Source of the DNA: Lama guanicoe
Taxonomy: Eukaryota
Direction of reading: 5' to 3'
Assembly (NCBI GenBank): GCA_013239625.1
Contig: MU057051.1
Coordinates: forward strand, 1,361,603 to 1,425,602
DNA length: 64,000 nt
The notes under the pieces were generated by a model. The model had not been told where the DNA came from and searched no databases. It was given only the letters and a program-made list of their open reading frames with translations. This document shows, piece by piece, positions 63,240 to 64,000 of this stretch. The position numbers and the translations under genes were made by a program. How positions within the stretch are numbered: position 1 is the stretch's first letter; the number at the start of each line of letters is the position of its first letter.

Positions 63240-63958
63240 GTAAGTAGATCATCACAAAAGTGTTTGGACAGAATTGAGTTAAGTACATCTCCCGTTTAAG
63301 GAGGTGAACTTTAGCTGGGTAAGAATTATCAATATCTCAGTTCTGGTTCCTTAAATGAATTTTTTGGCACTGTGAAACTATCCATTGTCCCCCTCAAAAA
63401 AGAAAAACTGGAAGGGATATTTCAGATTATCTGTTCTAACTTACTATTTTACATTGGAGGACACAGTAAGTGTAAAGAAGTAACTTATCTCAAAATCAGC
63501 TGGCTAAATTACATTTACCCCCAAGAAGCCAAATGTAGCTAAACTGATTCAGCTTTATTTCCAGAGTCATTCTATTTCTCAACTTAGTGCAGTTTAAAAA
63601 AAAAAAATGTTGGGGAAAATTTTAAACATATACAAAGATAGAAATACATTAAATATTTGTGTAACAATTACCCATTTCCACAAATAACAATTTGTACTTT
63701 ATTCCCACAATTTATACACCCCCCAAGGTAAAATTTGGAAGTAAATCCCAGATATCATATCATCTATAAACGTTTCAATAAAGATTTCTAAATGAACTCT
63801 TCTTTTCTTTAAATAATCATAATACCAACTAAAGCAGTTTTAAATTTTTAATTATTTTTGCTCTCACTGAAGGGGAGGGAAAGAATTGTGTAATTTGGAA
63901 AACCTGGTTTGGTTCTGCAAAGTGACATTTAAAACTTAAACCTAATTTGTTTTTACAG

Positions 63959-64000
63959 GTATGTTATTGGCACTTTGGAGCTGTTAGTAGCAGAAAACTA
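63959..64000 (+). CDS. BNIP2: BNIP2 exon 7, truncated by window end: (K)YVIGTLELLVAEN(Y)
   Basis: ttttacag|G acceptor. Phase matches exon 6 and continues the BCH domain. Confidence 0.95.

Overview
Mammalian genomic DNA, very probably camelid (Camelus/Vicugna): it carries six copies of a tRNA-derived SINE matching my recollection of the camelid Vic-1 family. Positions 1 to ~52 kb contain no gene I can support. They hold old eutherian repeats (MIR, L2, MER20, MER5, MLT1, L1M), younger L1 tails, at least seven solo ERV LTRs, six N-gaps and several repeat-free, TAAT-rich blocks. In human this side of BNIP2 is the gene desert toward FOXB1. A CpG-island promoter at ~52.2-53.1 kb drives BNIP2 on the + strand: exon 1 plus coding exons 2-7, with exon 7 cut by the window end. 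Main observations: (1) the spliced BNIP2 '5' UTR' is open and in frame with the main CDS, and has a CUG in strong Kozak context that would add 42 aa, overlapped by a poly-Ala uORF in another frame; (2) a ~350-bp TSD-flanked 'mini-L1' whose 5' end is fused directly to its 3' tail; (3) two ~100-bp L1 tails with the same endpoint in near-identical target sites; (4) a solo ERV1 LTR about 200 bp upstream of the BNIP2 promoter. Repeat family names come from memory of consensus sequences, not from a search, and old-repeat boundaries are approximate.
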